Source of the DNA: Lachnospiraceae bacterium
GTDB taxonomy: Bacteria > Bacillota > Clostridia > Lachnospirales > Lachnospiraceae
Reading direction: 5' to 3'
NCBI GenBank assembly: GCA_029053015.1
Contig: JAIDHX010000014.1
Coordinates: 45,848-109,847, forward strand
DNA length: 64,000 nucleotides
The translations under genes and the position numbers were made by a program. How positions within the stretch are numbered: the first letter of the stretch is position 1; each line of letters opens with the position of its first letter. The notes beneath the pieces are model-generated. The model worked only from the letters and a program-made list of their open reading frames with translations, ran no database searches and was not told the origin of the DNA. Below are positions 1-10,338 of this stretch, one piece after another.

Positions 1-2
1 AC

Positions 3-1679
3 GTGAAAATGGGAGAGGGCGGTTCCGGACAGGACAGCTTTATCCTTGCGGGATTCCGGAATATTGACGAAATGATTCGCAGGGAGCAGGAGCAGAAGGA
101 GGTTTTGGCGGAGGCGCTGGCACAGGCTCAATATGCCAACAATGCCAAGACTACATTCCTGAATAATATGTCCCACGATATTCGAACGCCCATGAATGCC
201 ATCATCGGATTTACTTCTCTGGCGGTGACTCATATCGACAATAAGGCGCAGATACAGGATTATCTGGGCAAGATCATGACTTCCAGCAACCATCTGCTGA
301 GCCTGATCAACGATGTGCTGGATATGAGCCGGATTGAGAGCGGCAAGGTTAAGATTGAGGAAAAAGAGGCCAGTCTTCCGGAAATTATGCACGATTTGAA
401 GACCATCGTGCAGGCAGATGTGAAATCAAAGCAGCTTGAATTTTACATTGATACGCTGGATGTGGTAAACGAGACGATCATTTGTGACAAGCTTAGGCTG
501 AATCAGGTGCTTCTGAATATTCTGAGCAACGCCATGAAATATACAAAGCCCGGCGGCATGGTAAGTGTCCGCGTTGCCCAGCTTTCCGAAGCGCAGGAGG
601 GCTGTGCCTCATACGAATTCAGGGTCAAGGATACCGGTATCGGCATGAGCCGTGAATTTTTAAAACACGTTTTTGAACCATTTGAGAGGGAACAGACCGC
701 CACTGTAAGCGGTATTCAGGGAACCGGTCTGGGGTTGGCCATCACCAAAAATATTGTGGACATGATGGGCGGTACGATTACGGTGGACAGCGAGGAAGGA
801 AAGGGTTCGGAGTTTACCGTAACGCTCAGTTTCCGGATCGCTGACGACCCCCGGCAGTTTTCACGGGTGGAACAGTTAGCAGACCTGAGGGCTCTGGTGG
901 TGGACGATGATGTGAATACCTGCGTCAGCGTCAGCAAAATGCTCTCCGCCATCGGTATGCATCCCGATTGGACGACATTGGGAAAGGAGGCAGTGATTCG
1001 TACGGAGTTTGCACTGGAGCAAAACGAGCCTTACAGCGCCTATATCATTGACTGGATGATGCCGGATATGAACGGCATAGAGCTTGTCCGCCGGATTCGC
1101 AGGGTGATCGGAGATGTGACGCCTATTATTATACTGACTGCCTACGACTGGTCAGACATCGAGGAGGAGGCCAGAGAGGCCGGTGTTACGGCGTTCTGCT
1201 CTAAGCCGATATTCCTTTCAGAACTGCGGAATGTTCTGACAGCGCCCTACACGGAACAGGAAAGCGAGGAAGAGGAGGAAACATCCGCACCGCATTTTGA
1301 AGGAAAGAAAGTCCTGTTGGTGGAAGATAATGAACTGAATCAGGAGATCGCACAGACGATTCTGGAGGCGGAAGGCTTCGTCGTTGATACGGCAGAGGAT
1401 GGAAGCATCGCCGTGGAGATGATGAAAGAGAAGCCCGCAGGCACCTATGATTTGATCCTGATGGATGTCCAGATGCCCATTATGAACGGCTATCAGGCCA
1501 CAAGAACCATCCGAAAGCTGGATGATCCTGCAAAGGCGTCGATTCCGATTGTAGCGATGACAGCCAATGCCTTTGAGGAGGATCGGAAAGAGGCCATGGA
1601 GTCCGGAATGAACGGGTATGCAGCCAAGCCGATTGAAATAGAAAAACTGATGCAGACATTGGAAGATATTTTGAAATGA
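3..1679 (+). CDS. Hybrid sensor histidine kinase / response regulator (5' end cut by window edge)
   Basis: HisKA H-box (FLNNMSHDIRTPMN). HATPase boxes (ILSNAMKYT, DTGIGM, GTGLGL). Two receiver domains follow (LVVDDD..., LLVEDNELN...DVQMP...AKP). Confidence 0.9.
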   Translation: MKMGEGGSGQDSFILAGFRNIDEMIRREQEQKEVLAEALAQAQYANNAKTTFLNNMSHDIRTPMNAIIGFTSLAVTHIDNKAQIQDYLGKIMTSSNHLLSLINDVLDMSRIESGKVKIEEKEASLPEIMHDLKTIVQADVKSKQLEFYIDTLDVVNETIICDKLRLNQVLLNILSNAMKYTKPGGMVSVRVAQLSEAQEGCASYEFRVKDTGIGMSREFLKHVFEPFEREQTATVSGIQGTGLGLAITKNIVDMMGGTITVDSEEGKGSEFTVTLSFRIADDPRQFSRVEQLADLRALVVDDDVNTCVSVSKMLSAIGMHPDWTTLGKEAVIRTEFALEQNEPYSAYIIDWMMPDMNGIELVRRIRRVIGDVTPIIILTAYDWSDIEEEAREAGVTAFCSKPIFLSELRNVLTAPYTEQESEEEEETSAPHFEGKKVLLVEDNELNQEIAQTILEAEGFVVDTAEDGSIAVEMMKEKPAGTYDLILMDVQMPIMNGYQATRTIRKLDDPAKASIPIVAMTANAFEEDRKEAMESGMNGYAAKPIEIEKLMQTLEDILK

Positions 1680-1693
1680 ACTGAAAAAACAGA

Positions 1694-1739
1694 AAGGTCA
1701 GGGAATACCCCAGGTTAGGGAATACCCTGACCTTTTTTA
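1694..1739 (+). terminator. Rho-independent terminator after the kinase gene
   Basis: A 10-bp stem AAGGTCAGGG / CCCTGACCTT is followed by TTTTTT. Confidence 0.7.
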
Positions 1740-1773
1740 TGTGTTTGAATCCATATTCTTAAGAGGTCTTTGC

Positions 1774-1803
1774 GCATAATTGCGAGGACAAAAGTATATA
1801 CTA
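1774..1803 (+). promoter_or_regulatory. Candidate forespore (sigma-G/F type) promoter of spoVAA
   Basis: GCATA-N18-TATACTA, compared with the Bacillus consensus GHATR-N17-18-CATXHTA. It lies about 40 nt upstream of the spoVAA start. Confidence 0.35.
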
Positions 1804-1843
1804 ACCTTTAAAAATGCATGTATGCGATGAAAGGAATAACAAA

Positions 1844-2494
1844 ATGGCGGACACCGTTTGTTATATAAAATTGAATAGAAATGTTGAAACCACACAGGCA
1901 GATGTTTTCCTGAAGGACATCGGGAGTATCCGATGTGCGGACAAGCTTGTAGCGGCTAAGGTGAAAAGTATTAAAGTTTATAAGTTTTGCAGCACAGGAG
2001 AGAAGAAAAATCCATATGAAGAAAAGCGCTGCGTGGTCAGTGTTTTAAAAATCATAGAGCTGATTGAGGATACCTGTCCCGATGTGACGGTGGAAAGTCT
2101 CGGTGAGACGGAGGTTCTGATAGAGCGAATCAGTGTGGATACGCACAAGGGCTGGCAGCAGGCGCTCAAGGCATTTTTTATTGCCCTCATCAGCTTTTGC
2201 GGTACGGCGTTTACCATTATGGCGTACCACAATGATATCGGCATTGCGGATGTTTTTACCCGTATTCATCAAATTGTGATGGGAAGCGAGCCGGAGGGCG
2301 TATCGGCGCTGGAAATCGCATATTCGGTGGGACTTTCTCTGGGAATTATCGTGTTCTTTAACCATGTAGGCGGACGCAGGCTGACGAAGGATCCTACGCC
2401 AATCGAGGTAGAAATGCGCAAATACGAAACGGATGTAAACAATGCGCTTGTGGATACGGCGGAAAGAGAGGGTAGAACAATTGATGTGGAATAG
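1844..2494 (+). CDS. spoVAA: Stage V sporulation protein AA
   Basis: The N-terminus MADTVCYIKLNRNVE...DIGSIRC and a C-terminal transmembrane segment are typical of SpoVAA. RBS GAAAGGA precedes the ATG at 1844. spoVAB and spoVAC follow directly. Confidence 0.8.
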   Translation: MADTVCYIKLNRNVETTQADVFLKDIGSIRCADKLVAAKVKSIKVYKFCSTGEKKNPYEEKRCVVSVLKIIELIEDTCPDVTVESLGETEVLIERISVDTHKGWQQALKAFFIALISFCGTAFTIMAYHNDIGIADVFTRIHQIVMGSEPEGVSALEIAYSVGLSLGIIVFFNHVGGRRLTKDPTPIEVEMRKYETDVNNALVDTAEREGRTIDVE

Positions 2495-2972
2495 CCTGAA
2501 AATTCTTCTTCTGGTTCTATCCGGCGGCAGCTTTGGCCTCCTGGCATCAGCCGGCGTTTTTACGGTTCTGGTTGCTGTAGGGCTGATTCCGCGTTTTGCA
2601 GGCAAAAGCCATACAGCGGGGCAGATTATATTATACGAAGAGATGGTGATTCTGGGAACCGTGGCAGGGGGTCTGGTAAGCGTGTTTGAGCGTTACTGCC
2701 ATTTTGGAGAGTGGCTTGTCTCGGCGGGCGTTTCACAGGCGGCAGTACAATATGCGGGAACTGTATTTGTGACTGTTTTCGGTCTGTTTGCGGGAATGTT
2801 TATCGGATGTCTGGCGCTTGCCATTGCAGAAATGCTGGACAGTATTCCGATTTTTTCAAGAAGAGCCGGCTTCAGGCATGGGCTTGGCTTGGCGGTCTGT
2901 GCGATGGCGGCAGGAAAACTCTGCGGCTCTATATTGTATTTTATCTATCAGATTCACGAGGTAGTGAAGTAA
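2484..2972 (+). CDS. spoVAB: Stage V sporulation protein AB
   Basis: Polytopic membrane protein (MWNSLKILLLVLSGGSFGLLASAGVF...). Its ATG overlaps the spoVAA stop (ATGTGGAATAG). It sits between spoVAA and spoVAC. Confidence 0.8.
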   Translation: MWNSLKILLLVLSGGSFGLLASAGVFTVLVAVGLIPRFAGKSHTAGQIILYEEMVILGTVAGGLVSVFERYCHFGEWLVSAGVSQAAVQYAGTVFVTVFGLFAGMFIGCLALAIAEMLDSIPIFSRRAGFRHGLGLAVCAMAAGKLCGSILYFIYQIHEVVK

Positions 2973-3109
2973 GCACCAGGATTTTTGTTTCGCCATGATT
3001 GCGGTATAGGAAACAAAATATTGCGCATATTAAGAAAAAGGCGGACACAAAGAAAGGAACTGCAGTCCGCACATATGGAATAGGAAAAGGAAGAGAGGAA
3101 CAGGGTTAC

Positions 3110-3604
3110 ATGGCTGAGAAGGACGAGAACAGTAAACCGGAATACGGAGTGGAAGATAAAAAACAAAACTATGAAAAGTATGTCAAGGAAATGACGCCCA
3201 CCCACAACCTGTGGCTGCAAATGCTGAAGGCTTTTATAACAGGCGGGCTTATCTGCGTGCTGGGGCAGGGGATTTTGCAGCTCTGCACAGATGTGATGAG
3301 CATGGAAAAGGAAACGGCCGCGAGCTGGTGTTCACTGTCGTTGATATTTTTAAGCGTGCTTCTGACGGGACTGAATCTCTATCCCCGCATCGTGAAGTGG
3401 GGCGGAGCAGGCGCTTTGGTGCCGATTACGGGGTTTGCCAACTCGGTCGCGGCGCCCGCCATAGAATTTAAAAAGGAGGGCTGGGTGTTTGGCGTAGGCT
3501 GTAAAATCTTTACTATCGCCGGACCGGTTATCCTGTATGGTATTTTTACAAGCTGGGTGCTGGGAGTTGTCTACTGGCTTTGTACCATGTTTGGAATCGT
3601 TTAA
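3110..3604 (+). CDS. spoVAC: Stage V sporulation protein AC
   Basis: Contains the conserved SpoVAC/SpoVAE signature GAGALVPITGFANSVAAPAIEFKKEGWVFGVG. An internal ATG at 3110 has an upstream GAGAGGA. Confidence 0.85.
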   Translation: MAEKDENSKPEYGVEDKKQNYEKYVKEMTPTHNLWLQMLKAFITGGLICVLGQGILQLCTDVMSMEKETAASWCSLSLIFLSVLLTGLNLYPRIVKWGGAGALVPITGFANSVAAPAIEFKKEGWVFGVGCKIFTIAGPVILYGIFTSWVLGVVYWLCTMFGIV

Positions 3605-3627
3605 ATAAAAGATAATTGTTCTTTCTG

Positions 3628-3656
3628 TTGACTTCAAAAACCCTATGTTTTAAAAT
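3628..3656 (+). promoter_or_regulatory. Candidate sigma-A promoter for the HD-GYP regulator gene
   Basis: TTGACT-N17-TAAAAT lies about 60 nt upstream of the ATG at 3718. Confidence 0.35.
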
Positions 3657-3717
3657 AGTAGTAACCTTTTTGTACAGTACAGGATAAGAAGAACGTAAGG
3701 TTTCGGAAAGGACAATT

Positions 3718-4821
3718 ATGCACAGAAAAATACTTATAGTAGACGATTCGGATATAAACCGTGGTATTCTGAAGGAAATTCTTAAGGGTGCGCATCCCGT
3801 GATGGAGGCATCGGATGGCAGGGAGGCGCTGGAATGTCTGGAAAAGTTTCATGACGATATTGCCGTGGTTCTGCTGGATTTGATTATGCCCGAGATGGAT
3901 GGCTTCGCAGTGTTGGAGGTCATGAAAAAGAAAGGCTGGATGGAGAAAATACCGGTGCTTGTAATCACCGGCGAAGACTCGGTGGAAATCGAGCGGAAAA
4001 GCTTTGAATATGGCGCTTCTGACTTCGTCAGAAAGCCCTTCGACAATATACTGGTAAAGAGAAGGGTCAATAACATAACGGATTTGTACATGTACAAGGA
4101 TCGCCTGGAAGTTAAGGTAGAGGAGCAGACCAAGACGCTGCAGGAGCAGAATGAGCTTCTGAAGGTACAGGCAGACCGTCTGAAGGAAAATAATGCGCGG
4201 ATTTTGGATGCGCTCGGCACGATTGTGGAGAGCAGAAATCTGGAAAGCGGCGAGCATATTAAGCGCGTCAAGGACTTTACCCGTATTCTTGCAGAAGAAT
4301 TGATGAAGGATTATCCTGAATACGAACTGACGCCGGATAAGGTGGAAGTCATTGTTTCTGCAAGTTCCATGCATGATATCGGAAAGATAGCGATTCCCGA
4401 CAATATCCTGTTAAAGCCGGCAAGGCTGACGCAGGAGGAGTTTGAGTGCATGAAGACCCACACAACAAGGGGCTGTGATATCTTAAAGAGCATCAAGGGC
4501 GCGTGGGACGACAAATACGGTGAGGCTTGCTATGAAATATGCCGCTATCACCATGAGAGATATGACGGCAGGGGCTATCCCGATGGACTTGTAGGAGAGG
4601 AAATCCCGATTGCTGCCCAGATTGTATCCGTGGCTGACGTTTATGATGCGCTTGTCAGTGAAAGAGTATACAAGAGCGCTTATTCCAAAGATGAAGCGTT
4701 TCATATGATTATGCGGGGAGAATGCGGCACTTTTTCGCCCAAGCTTTTGAACTGTTTTAAAAATGCAAGACAACAAATGGAAGACATGGTAACCGAGCAA
4801 AAAGAAGGGGCGCATGCATAG
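3718..4821 (+). CDS. Response regulator with HD-GYP domain (putative c-di-GMP phosphodiesterase)
   Basis: N-terminal receiver (ILIVDDSDINR...DLIMPEMDG...KP). C-terminal HD (MHDIGKIAIP) and HHERYDGRGYPDGL motifs. Confidence 0.9.
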   Translation: MHRKILIVDDSDINRGILKEILKGAHPVMEASDGREALECLEKFHDDIAVVLLDLIMPEMDGFAVLEVMKKKGWMEKIPVLVITGEDSVEIERKSFEYGASDFVRKPFDNILVKRRVNNITDLYMYKDRLEVKVEEQTKTLQEQNELLKVQADRLKENNARILDALGTIVESRNLESGEHIKRVKDFTRILAEELMKDYPEYELTPDKVEVIVSASSMHDIGKIAIPDNILLKPARLTQEEFECMKTHTTRGCDILKSIKGAWDDKYGEACYEICRYHHERYDGRGYPDGLVGEEIPIAAQIVSVADVYDALVSERVYKSAYSKDEAFHMIMRGECGTFSPKLLNCFKNARQQMEDMVTEQKEGAHA

Positions 4822-4832
4822 CGCCCTTTTTC
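4807..4832 (+). terminator. Rho-independent terminator overlapping the stop codon
   Basis: GGGGCGC-ATGCATA-GCGCCC is followed by TTTTT. Confidence 0.6.
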
Positions 4833-4856
4833 TGTGCTTGGAAAAAAGGAGAAAAT

Positions 4857-6233
4857 ATGCTGCCGGAACAATTTTTGAAAAGAATGGAAAAGCTGCTGGG
4901 TGAAGAATATCCGGTATTTCTGGAAAGCTTTTCTGAGGAAAGCAGCCGCGGGCTGCGTGTGAATACGATAAAGACGGATGTGGAAGCCTTTTTGGCGGGT
5001 GGGTATTTTTCTCTTGAGAGAGTGCCGTGGGCGGAAAACGGATTTTATATAGGCGGGACGGACAGGCCGGGCAAAAGTCCGCTCCATGCTGCCGGTGCGT
5101 ACTATATACAGGAGCCGTCGGCGATGGCGCCCGCGGTGTTTTTGGAAGCGCGCCCTGGAGACAGGGTGCTTGATTTGTGCGCTGCGCCCGGCGGAAAAAC
5201 AACACAGATTGCCGATTCCATGCGGGGTGAGGGGATTTTAGTCAGCAACGAAATCCATCCGGCAAGGGCGCAGATACTCTCTGAAAATGTGGAGCGGATG
5301 GGGCTTGAGAACGTGATTGTCACCAATGAGACGCCGGAGCGGCTTGCTGCGATGTTTACAGGATATTTTGACAAAATTCTGGTGGATGCGCCCTGCTCCG
5401 GAGAAGGCATGTTTCGCAAGTCGGAGGAGGCGCGAGAGGAATGGAGTCCGGAAAATGTTGCGCTCTGCGCCGAAAGACAGGACGGTATTTTAGACTGCGC
5501 GGCTAAGATGCTGCGTCCGGGCGGAAGGCTTGTCTATTCGACCTGTACCTTTGCGCCTGAGGAGGACGAGGGGACGGTAAGCCGTTTTCTGGAGCGCCAT
5601 TCGGATTTTTCGATACGGCAGATAAAGCTGCCGGAAGGCTTTTGGGGCGGACAAAAGGAATGGGTGGCAAATCCGGCGGCGGGACTGGAATACACGGCGC
5701 GCCTGATGCCACACAGGCTGAAAGGCGAAGGGCACTATCTTGCGGTTCTGGAGAGAGCGGGCGAGGACGGCTTTTCAGCAAAGGGAAAAAACGGAACGGA
5801 AAAGAGTATCCCAGAGCGGGAATACAGTCTTTTTTCAGAGTTTAAAGAGCAGTATCTGTCCGGCAGGGATTTTGCAGGCACGTATCTGCGTTACGGGGAG
5901 CAGCTTTATCTTGGCATGTGTGAAATGCCGTCGCTAAAAGGGCTCAAGGCGCTTCGGCCGGGTCTGCATCTGGGAACTTTTAAGAAAAACCGTTTCGAAC
6001 CTTCCCATGCGCTGGCGCTTGCCTTAAAGCCTGAGGAGGCAAAACAGGTTGTGGAAGTCTCTTTTTCGGAGGCGGAGCAATATATCAGCGGAATGACTAT
6101 CACGGTCAATACACGGGCAAAGGGATGGTGCCTGGTTTGTGTGGACGGGTATTCCCTGGGCTGGGGAAAGGTCACCGGCAATGTGATGAAGAATCATTAC
6201 CCCAAGGGACTCAGAATTCCCGTGGTGGATTAA
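4857..6233 (+). CDS. rsmF: NOL1/NOP2/Sun (RsmF-like) SAM-dependent RNA m5C methyltransferase
   Basis: Motifs VLDLCAAPGGKT, DKILVDAPCSGEGMFRK and YSTCTF, with a C-terminal PUA-like extension. RBS AGGAGA. Confidence 0.8.
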   Translation: MLPEQFLKRMEKLLGEEYPVFLESFSEESSRGLRVNTIKTDVEAFLAGGYFSLERVPWAENGFYIGGTDRPGKSPLHAAGAYYIQEPSAMAPAVFLEARPGDRVLDLCAAPGGKTTQIADSMRGEGILVSNEIHPARAQILSENVERMGLENVIVTNETPERLAAMFTGYFDKILVDAPCSGEGMFRKSEEAREEWSPENVALCAERQDGILDCAAKMLRPGGRLVYSTCTFAPEEDEGTVSRFLERHSDFSIRQIKLPEGFWGGQKEWVANPAAGLEYTARLMPHRLKGEGHYLAVLERAGEDGFSAKGKNGTEKSIPEREYSLFSEFKEQYLSGRDFAGTYLRYGEQLYLGMCEMPSLKGLKALRPGLHLGTFKKNRFEPSHALALALKPEEAKQVVEVSFSEAEQYISGMTITVNTRAKGWCLVCVDGYSLGWGKVTGNVMKNHYPKGLRIPVVD

Positions 6234-6387
6234 GGTTTTCGGAAAAATTTCAGTCCAAAATTGCGCATTATGCGATAAAATACTATCCGAAGACATGGTG
6301 AGTGTGTTATAATCCCATTAGAGGCTATATTGTACTAAAAAGAAAATCGCACGGTGAATATAAAAAGAATGCAGAATGGGGAGAAAT

Positions 6388-8868
6388 ATGCGGACAGAAG
6401 AAACTATCAATAAGCTGGACAGATTGCTTACGGAAAACAAAGGTCAGGAAGCGCAGCAGCTTTTAGAGGATTCCATCAAACAAGCCATTGAGGAGGCGGA
6501 CGACAACGCGCTGCTTACTTTGCTAAATGAGATGATGGGTTACATGAGGGAGACCAGTCAGGTGGAAGGCTCTTATCATTATGCGGATGCGGCGCTTAAA
6601 CTGATGGAGCGGATGGGGATAAAGGGCAGTATGCCCTACGCGACTACGCTCCTCAATATAGCAAACGCCTATCGGGCCGGCGGCAGGCTGACAGAATCCA
6701 TGGCATATTACGAGGAGGTTTTGAAGCTGTATCAGGCAAGCCTTGACGGAAATGACATGTTTTTTGCCAGTCTCTACAACAATGTAAGTCTTTTGCATCA
6801 GGAAATGAAAAATTTCGGAAAGGCAAAGGAGAATTTGCTGAAAGCGCTGGCTATCGTAAAAGTCAATGAAGGCACATACTTTGAGGAGGCTGTCACCTAT
6901 GCCAATCTTGCCTCCACCTGTCTTGTGCTTCATGAGGACGAAACCGCCATGGAATACTGCAGGCGGGCAATAGAGCTGTTTGAAGCGCACGGTATTTTGG
7001 ATTCCCATTACTGTGCAGCACTGTCTTCCATGGGGACTTATTACTATGGGAAAGGGGAATATGAAAAGGCGGCGGCATGTTTTAAAAAGGCAATGGAAGG
7101 CATGAAGGCGTCTTTGGGAGAGAACGAGTACTATCAAAGATTGGCAAAAAACTTAGAAGAGTGCGAAAGAGCACAAAGGGAGGATGCAATGGAAGAAACA
7201 ACAAAATCAAAGGAACAGATGACCGGACTTGCACTGTGCAGGGCATACTATGAGGAATACGGCAAAGCCATGATTCATGAGAAGTTTGCGGATTATGAGG
7301 ACAAAATTGCCGTAGGTCTCTGCGGGGAAGGCTCGGACTGTTTCGGCTATGACGACAAGGTGTCCAGAGACCACGACTGGGGACCGGGCTTTGCCATGTG
7401 GATGAATATTGAGGTTTATGATGAAATCGGAGAAGAACTGCAGAAGGCATATGAAGAGCTGCCCAAAGAATTTATGGGCTTTAGCCGCATCCCGACAAAG
7501 CGTGCAAAAGGACGTGTGGGCGTATGCACCATAGCCGGCTTTTTCCAGAGAATCCTCGTCACGGAGGATTGTGCTTCGATGATAGATATTGTGTCGGGCG
7601 CATACAAGCTTGAGGAAGAGAGCGGAAAGGTAACAGAGGTACGTGGGGAGCATCCCTATTTTCCGGGCAGTGTGGAGGAGAAAGTAAAGCTGCTTCAAGC
7701 ATGCGCAAAGGAAGGGCAGCTTATCGTATACTGGGACGATATTGCGGACGAATCGCTGGCTGCTGCCGTAAACGGAGAGGTTTTTCGGGATGATGAAGGC
7801 ACTTTTTCAGCGATACAGGAGTTTTTGAGAACCGGTATGCCGCAAGAGGTGTACTATTTAAAACTGACCAATGCCTGTGCCCGTTTTGCACAGGCGGCAC
7901 AATACAATTTTGCCAGAATGGCAGCGCGAAACGATATGGTAGCTGCGGAGCTTTCTTTGGCAGAGGGAATGAAGAACGCAATGAAAATTCTGTATTATCT
8001 GGCCGGAAAGCATCCGCTGCATGATAAGTGGCTTCACAGGGGCATCGCGGAGATTGCGGATTATGAAAAGGAAGCGGAGCTGATTCAGAACATTGTGGAG
8101 GGCGAAGTAACAGCCGAACAGACGGCGCTTGTGGAAGAACTTGCACAGAGACTTGCAGACAGGCTTTATGAGGCAGATGCTATAAGCAGCCGCGAAAGCT
8201 TTTTGGAGTTTCATGTAGACGAACTGTATAAAAAAGAAGGGCTTGCAGAACTGCCGGACGAAGAACTGATTCAGGAAATTGTGGACGCGGAGTTCGAAGC
8301 CTTCGACAAAGTAAAAAACGTTGGCGGCAGGGCGTCCTGTCAGAATAATAAGCCGACTTTTTCCGTTATGCGCAAAAGCCAGTATCTGACATGGGAGCGT
8401 AAAATGCTGATTCAGTATCTGTATGATTTCCAGACGGAATATAAACGCGGGCGCAATCTGATTGAGGAAAAATACGGAAGAATGATGGAGAGCACATCGC
8501 CCGAAGAATATGCGCAGATAGCAGAGCGTTTTCCGATTCTGTCAGAAGAGAAAAAGCAGATCATCGAAGCCATTGTGCAGATTCAAGTGGGATTTATGGA
8601 GGAGTTTGCCGGACAGTTCCCGCGCCTCGCAGGCAATGCCAGACTGATTCATACCAGCGAGGACAGCCTTGGCGATACTTCCTACGAAACCTATCTGCGC
8701 GGCGAACTGGGCACGTATTCTGATAAAATGCTGGAGTTGTATGGGCGTTTTGTGGTCAGAATGTGTCAGGAAGGAAAAAATCTTGCCGCGCTCACCATGC
8801 AAAACAGCGCGCATTTGTACGGCTACCAAAGCCTTGAAGAGGCAGAGGAACGCTGCGATTTCAATTGA
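6388..8868 (+). CDS. Large TPR / DUF4037-like nucleotidyltransferase-fold / DUF4125-like fusion protein
   Basis: TPR-like repeats occupy the N-terminal ~260 aa. The central block GLCGEGSDCFGYDDKVSRDHDWGPGF is typical of DUF4037. The C-terminal ~200 aa resemble DUF4125. Assignment is by memory only. Confidence 0.65.
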   Translation: MRTEETINKLDRLLTENKGQEAQQLLEDSIKQAIEEADDNALLTLLNEMMGYMRETSQVEGSYHYADAALKLMERMGIKGSMPYATTLLNIANAYRAGGRLTESMAYYEEVLKLYQASLDGNDMFFASLYNNVSLLHQEMKNFGKAKENLLKALAIVKVNEGTYFEEAVTYANLASTCLVLHEDETAMEYCRRAIELFEAHGILDSHYCAALSSMGTYYYGKGEYEKAAACFKKAMEGMKASLGENEYYQRLAKNLEECERAQREDAMEETTKSKEQMTGLALCRAYYEEYGKAMIHEKFADYEDKIAVGLCGEGSDCFGYDDKVSRDHDWGPGFAMWMNIEVYDEIGEELQKAYEELPKEFMGFSRIPTKRAKGRVGVCTIAGFFQRILVTEDCASMIDIVSGAYKLEEESGKVTEVRGEHPYFPGSVEEKVKLLQACAKEGQLIVYWDDIADESLAAAVNGEVFRDDEGTFSAIQEFLRTGMPQEVYYLKLTNACARFAQAAQYNFARMAARNDMVAAELSLAEGMKNAMKILYYLAGKHPLHDKWLHRGIAEIADYEKEAELIQNIVEGEVTAEQTALVEELAQRLADRLYEADAISSRESFLEFHVDELYKKEGLAELPDEELIQEIVDAEFEAFDKVKNVGGRASCQNNKPTFSVMRKSQYLTWERKMLIQYLYDFQTEYKRGRNLIEEKYGRMMESTSPEEYAQIAERFPILSEEKKQIIEAIVQIQVGFMEEFAGQFPRLAGNARLIHTSEDSLGDTSYETYLRGELGTYSDKMLELYGRFVVRMCQEGKNLAALTMQNSAHLYGYQSLEEAEERCDFN

Positions 8869-8919
8869 TTTTAAATAACTTTTGCAGCAGCCAAATTATG
8901 ATTTTTGAGGGGAAATAAA

Positions 8920-9765
8920 ATGCCTATATTGAGCTTTGCTGATGTATTAAATAAGGTTGGATTAGAGCCTTCAAAGGTAAAATTGATTCGTCATGCACTA
9001 ACAGACAGAGGTTTTAAAGACTGCTATGAAAAGGATATGGTGTTAGAATATACATGTCAACAGAAAGTTGGGTTCAGTAAAAATTATGATTACTGGGCTG
9101 TTTTTATCAGTGATACGGGAAATTATGCAAAGTTGTTTGGGCTTTACCAAGTTGGAAATGCTGTATCAGATACACCTGATGTAATGCCCGTCGGCTTTCC
9201 ACATCCAGAATGGTTCCAAGGTAAAAACGCATTTTTTGACCTGCAACATGTAAATACTCTCCAAGAATATGAGGGCCGGCTTATTATTGATTGGGGAAAG
9301 TCGGCACGCATGTGGCATCAAAAGGGGACAACGGAGAAACCTATTGTTGCAATCCGGACGGATAATAAAAAAGTATTTTCGGGTTTTGAAAATTTGATTC
9401 TGAAATACGATGAGTTAAAAGAAATTGTAGAAAATCCAACTATCTATGATAGCTGGCATACGGCACTGTCATCAGTTAATGCAATTTATCTAATTGTAGA
9501 TACGGAAACAGGAAAACAGTATGTTGGATCTGCTTACGGAAAAGATGGATTGTTTGGTCGATGGGCTTGTTATGTGAATACTTTGCATGGCAACAATAAA
9601 GAAATGCAGGAGTTAATCTGCAATTATCCAGACCGCTATCATTATTTTCAGTTTTCAATTTTGCAAATACTTCCCAAAACTGTCACAGCCGATGATATAA
9701 TTCGTATGGAAACTTTATATAAAAAGAAACTAATGAGTATTTCTTTTGGTATGAATCATAACTGA
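8920..9765 (+). CDS. GIY-YIG nuclease family protein with an uncharacterised N-terminal domain
   Basis: The C-terminal block AIYLIVDTETGKQYVGSAYGKDGLFGRW...METLYKKKL fits the GIY...YIG...R...E pattern. The locus is AT-rich. Confidence 0.65.
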   Translation: MPILSFADVLNKVGLEPSKVKLIRHALTDRGFKDCYEKDMVLEYTCQQKVGFSKNYDYWAVFISDTGNYAKLFGLYQVGNAVSDTPDVMPVGFPHPEWFQGKNAFFDLQHVNTLQEYEGRLIIDWGKSARMWHQKGTTEKPIVAIRTDNKKVFSGFENLILKYDELKEIVENPTIYDSWHTALSSVNAIYLIVDTETGKQYVGSAYGKDGLFGRWACYVNTLHGNNKEMQELICNYPDRYHYFQFSILQILPKTVTADDIIRMETLYKKKLMSISFGMNHN

Positions 9766-9839
9766 CTGTGAAGAGTCTAGGTTCTTTGAGAAAATCTCTG
9801 ATTTCCAAACTGAATATTATCTGGTTAGGATAGATAGAG

Positions 9840-10082
9840 TTAAAAACCAGCCATCATGAGACCAATCAATTGGTCTCTCTGGGTGGCGGCTTCAGCACCC
9901 TTTCCTTTTCTTGCCATGCCTTCAAGTTCCAGCTTGTTGGCGTTAATGCGCATCAATTTTTCCTTAAATTCCTTTTGTTCCCGTTCCGCCTCGTCGGCTC
10001 TTCTCTCAGCTCTTGCGCGGTACTGCAGCTTTATGGTATTTTCCATGGAATTTATGTATTGTTTCATATCTGCTGCCATCAT
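9840..10082 (-). CDS. Small charged coiled-coil protein, function unknown
   Basis: 80-aa ORF with RBS AGGAGA 11 nt upstream. It has a Lys/Glu/Arg-rich heptad-like sequence. Confidence 0.5.
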   Translation of the reverse strand: MMAADMKQYINSMENTIKLQYRARAERRADEAEREQKEFKEKLMRINANKLELEGMARKGKGAEAATQRDQLIGLMMAGF

Positions 10083-10338
10083 ATTTGGGTATCTCCTGTT
10101 TTAAACTTATTTATATATTTATCGGCAGGTTTGGAAACTATTTAATGGTTAAGATTTGTTTTTGGGATTTCAGATAAAAACTAGCAGGAGGCCTATGGTA
10201 TGATGTATATGTGGAGGTCAAATAGAATGGAAGATGATATATTTAGCACAGCAGTTGACACATATCCTGCATGTATAAATTTTTATGTCAATGTCTACAA
10301 AGAAATGTGGGGAAAACGGAATTTTGAAAGGAGTATAC

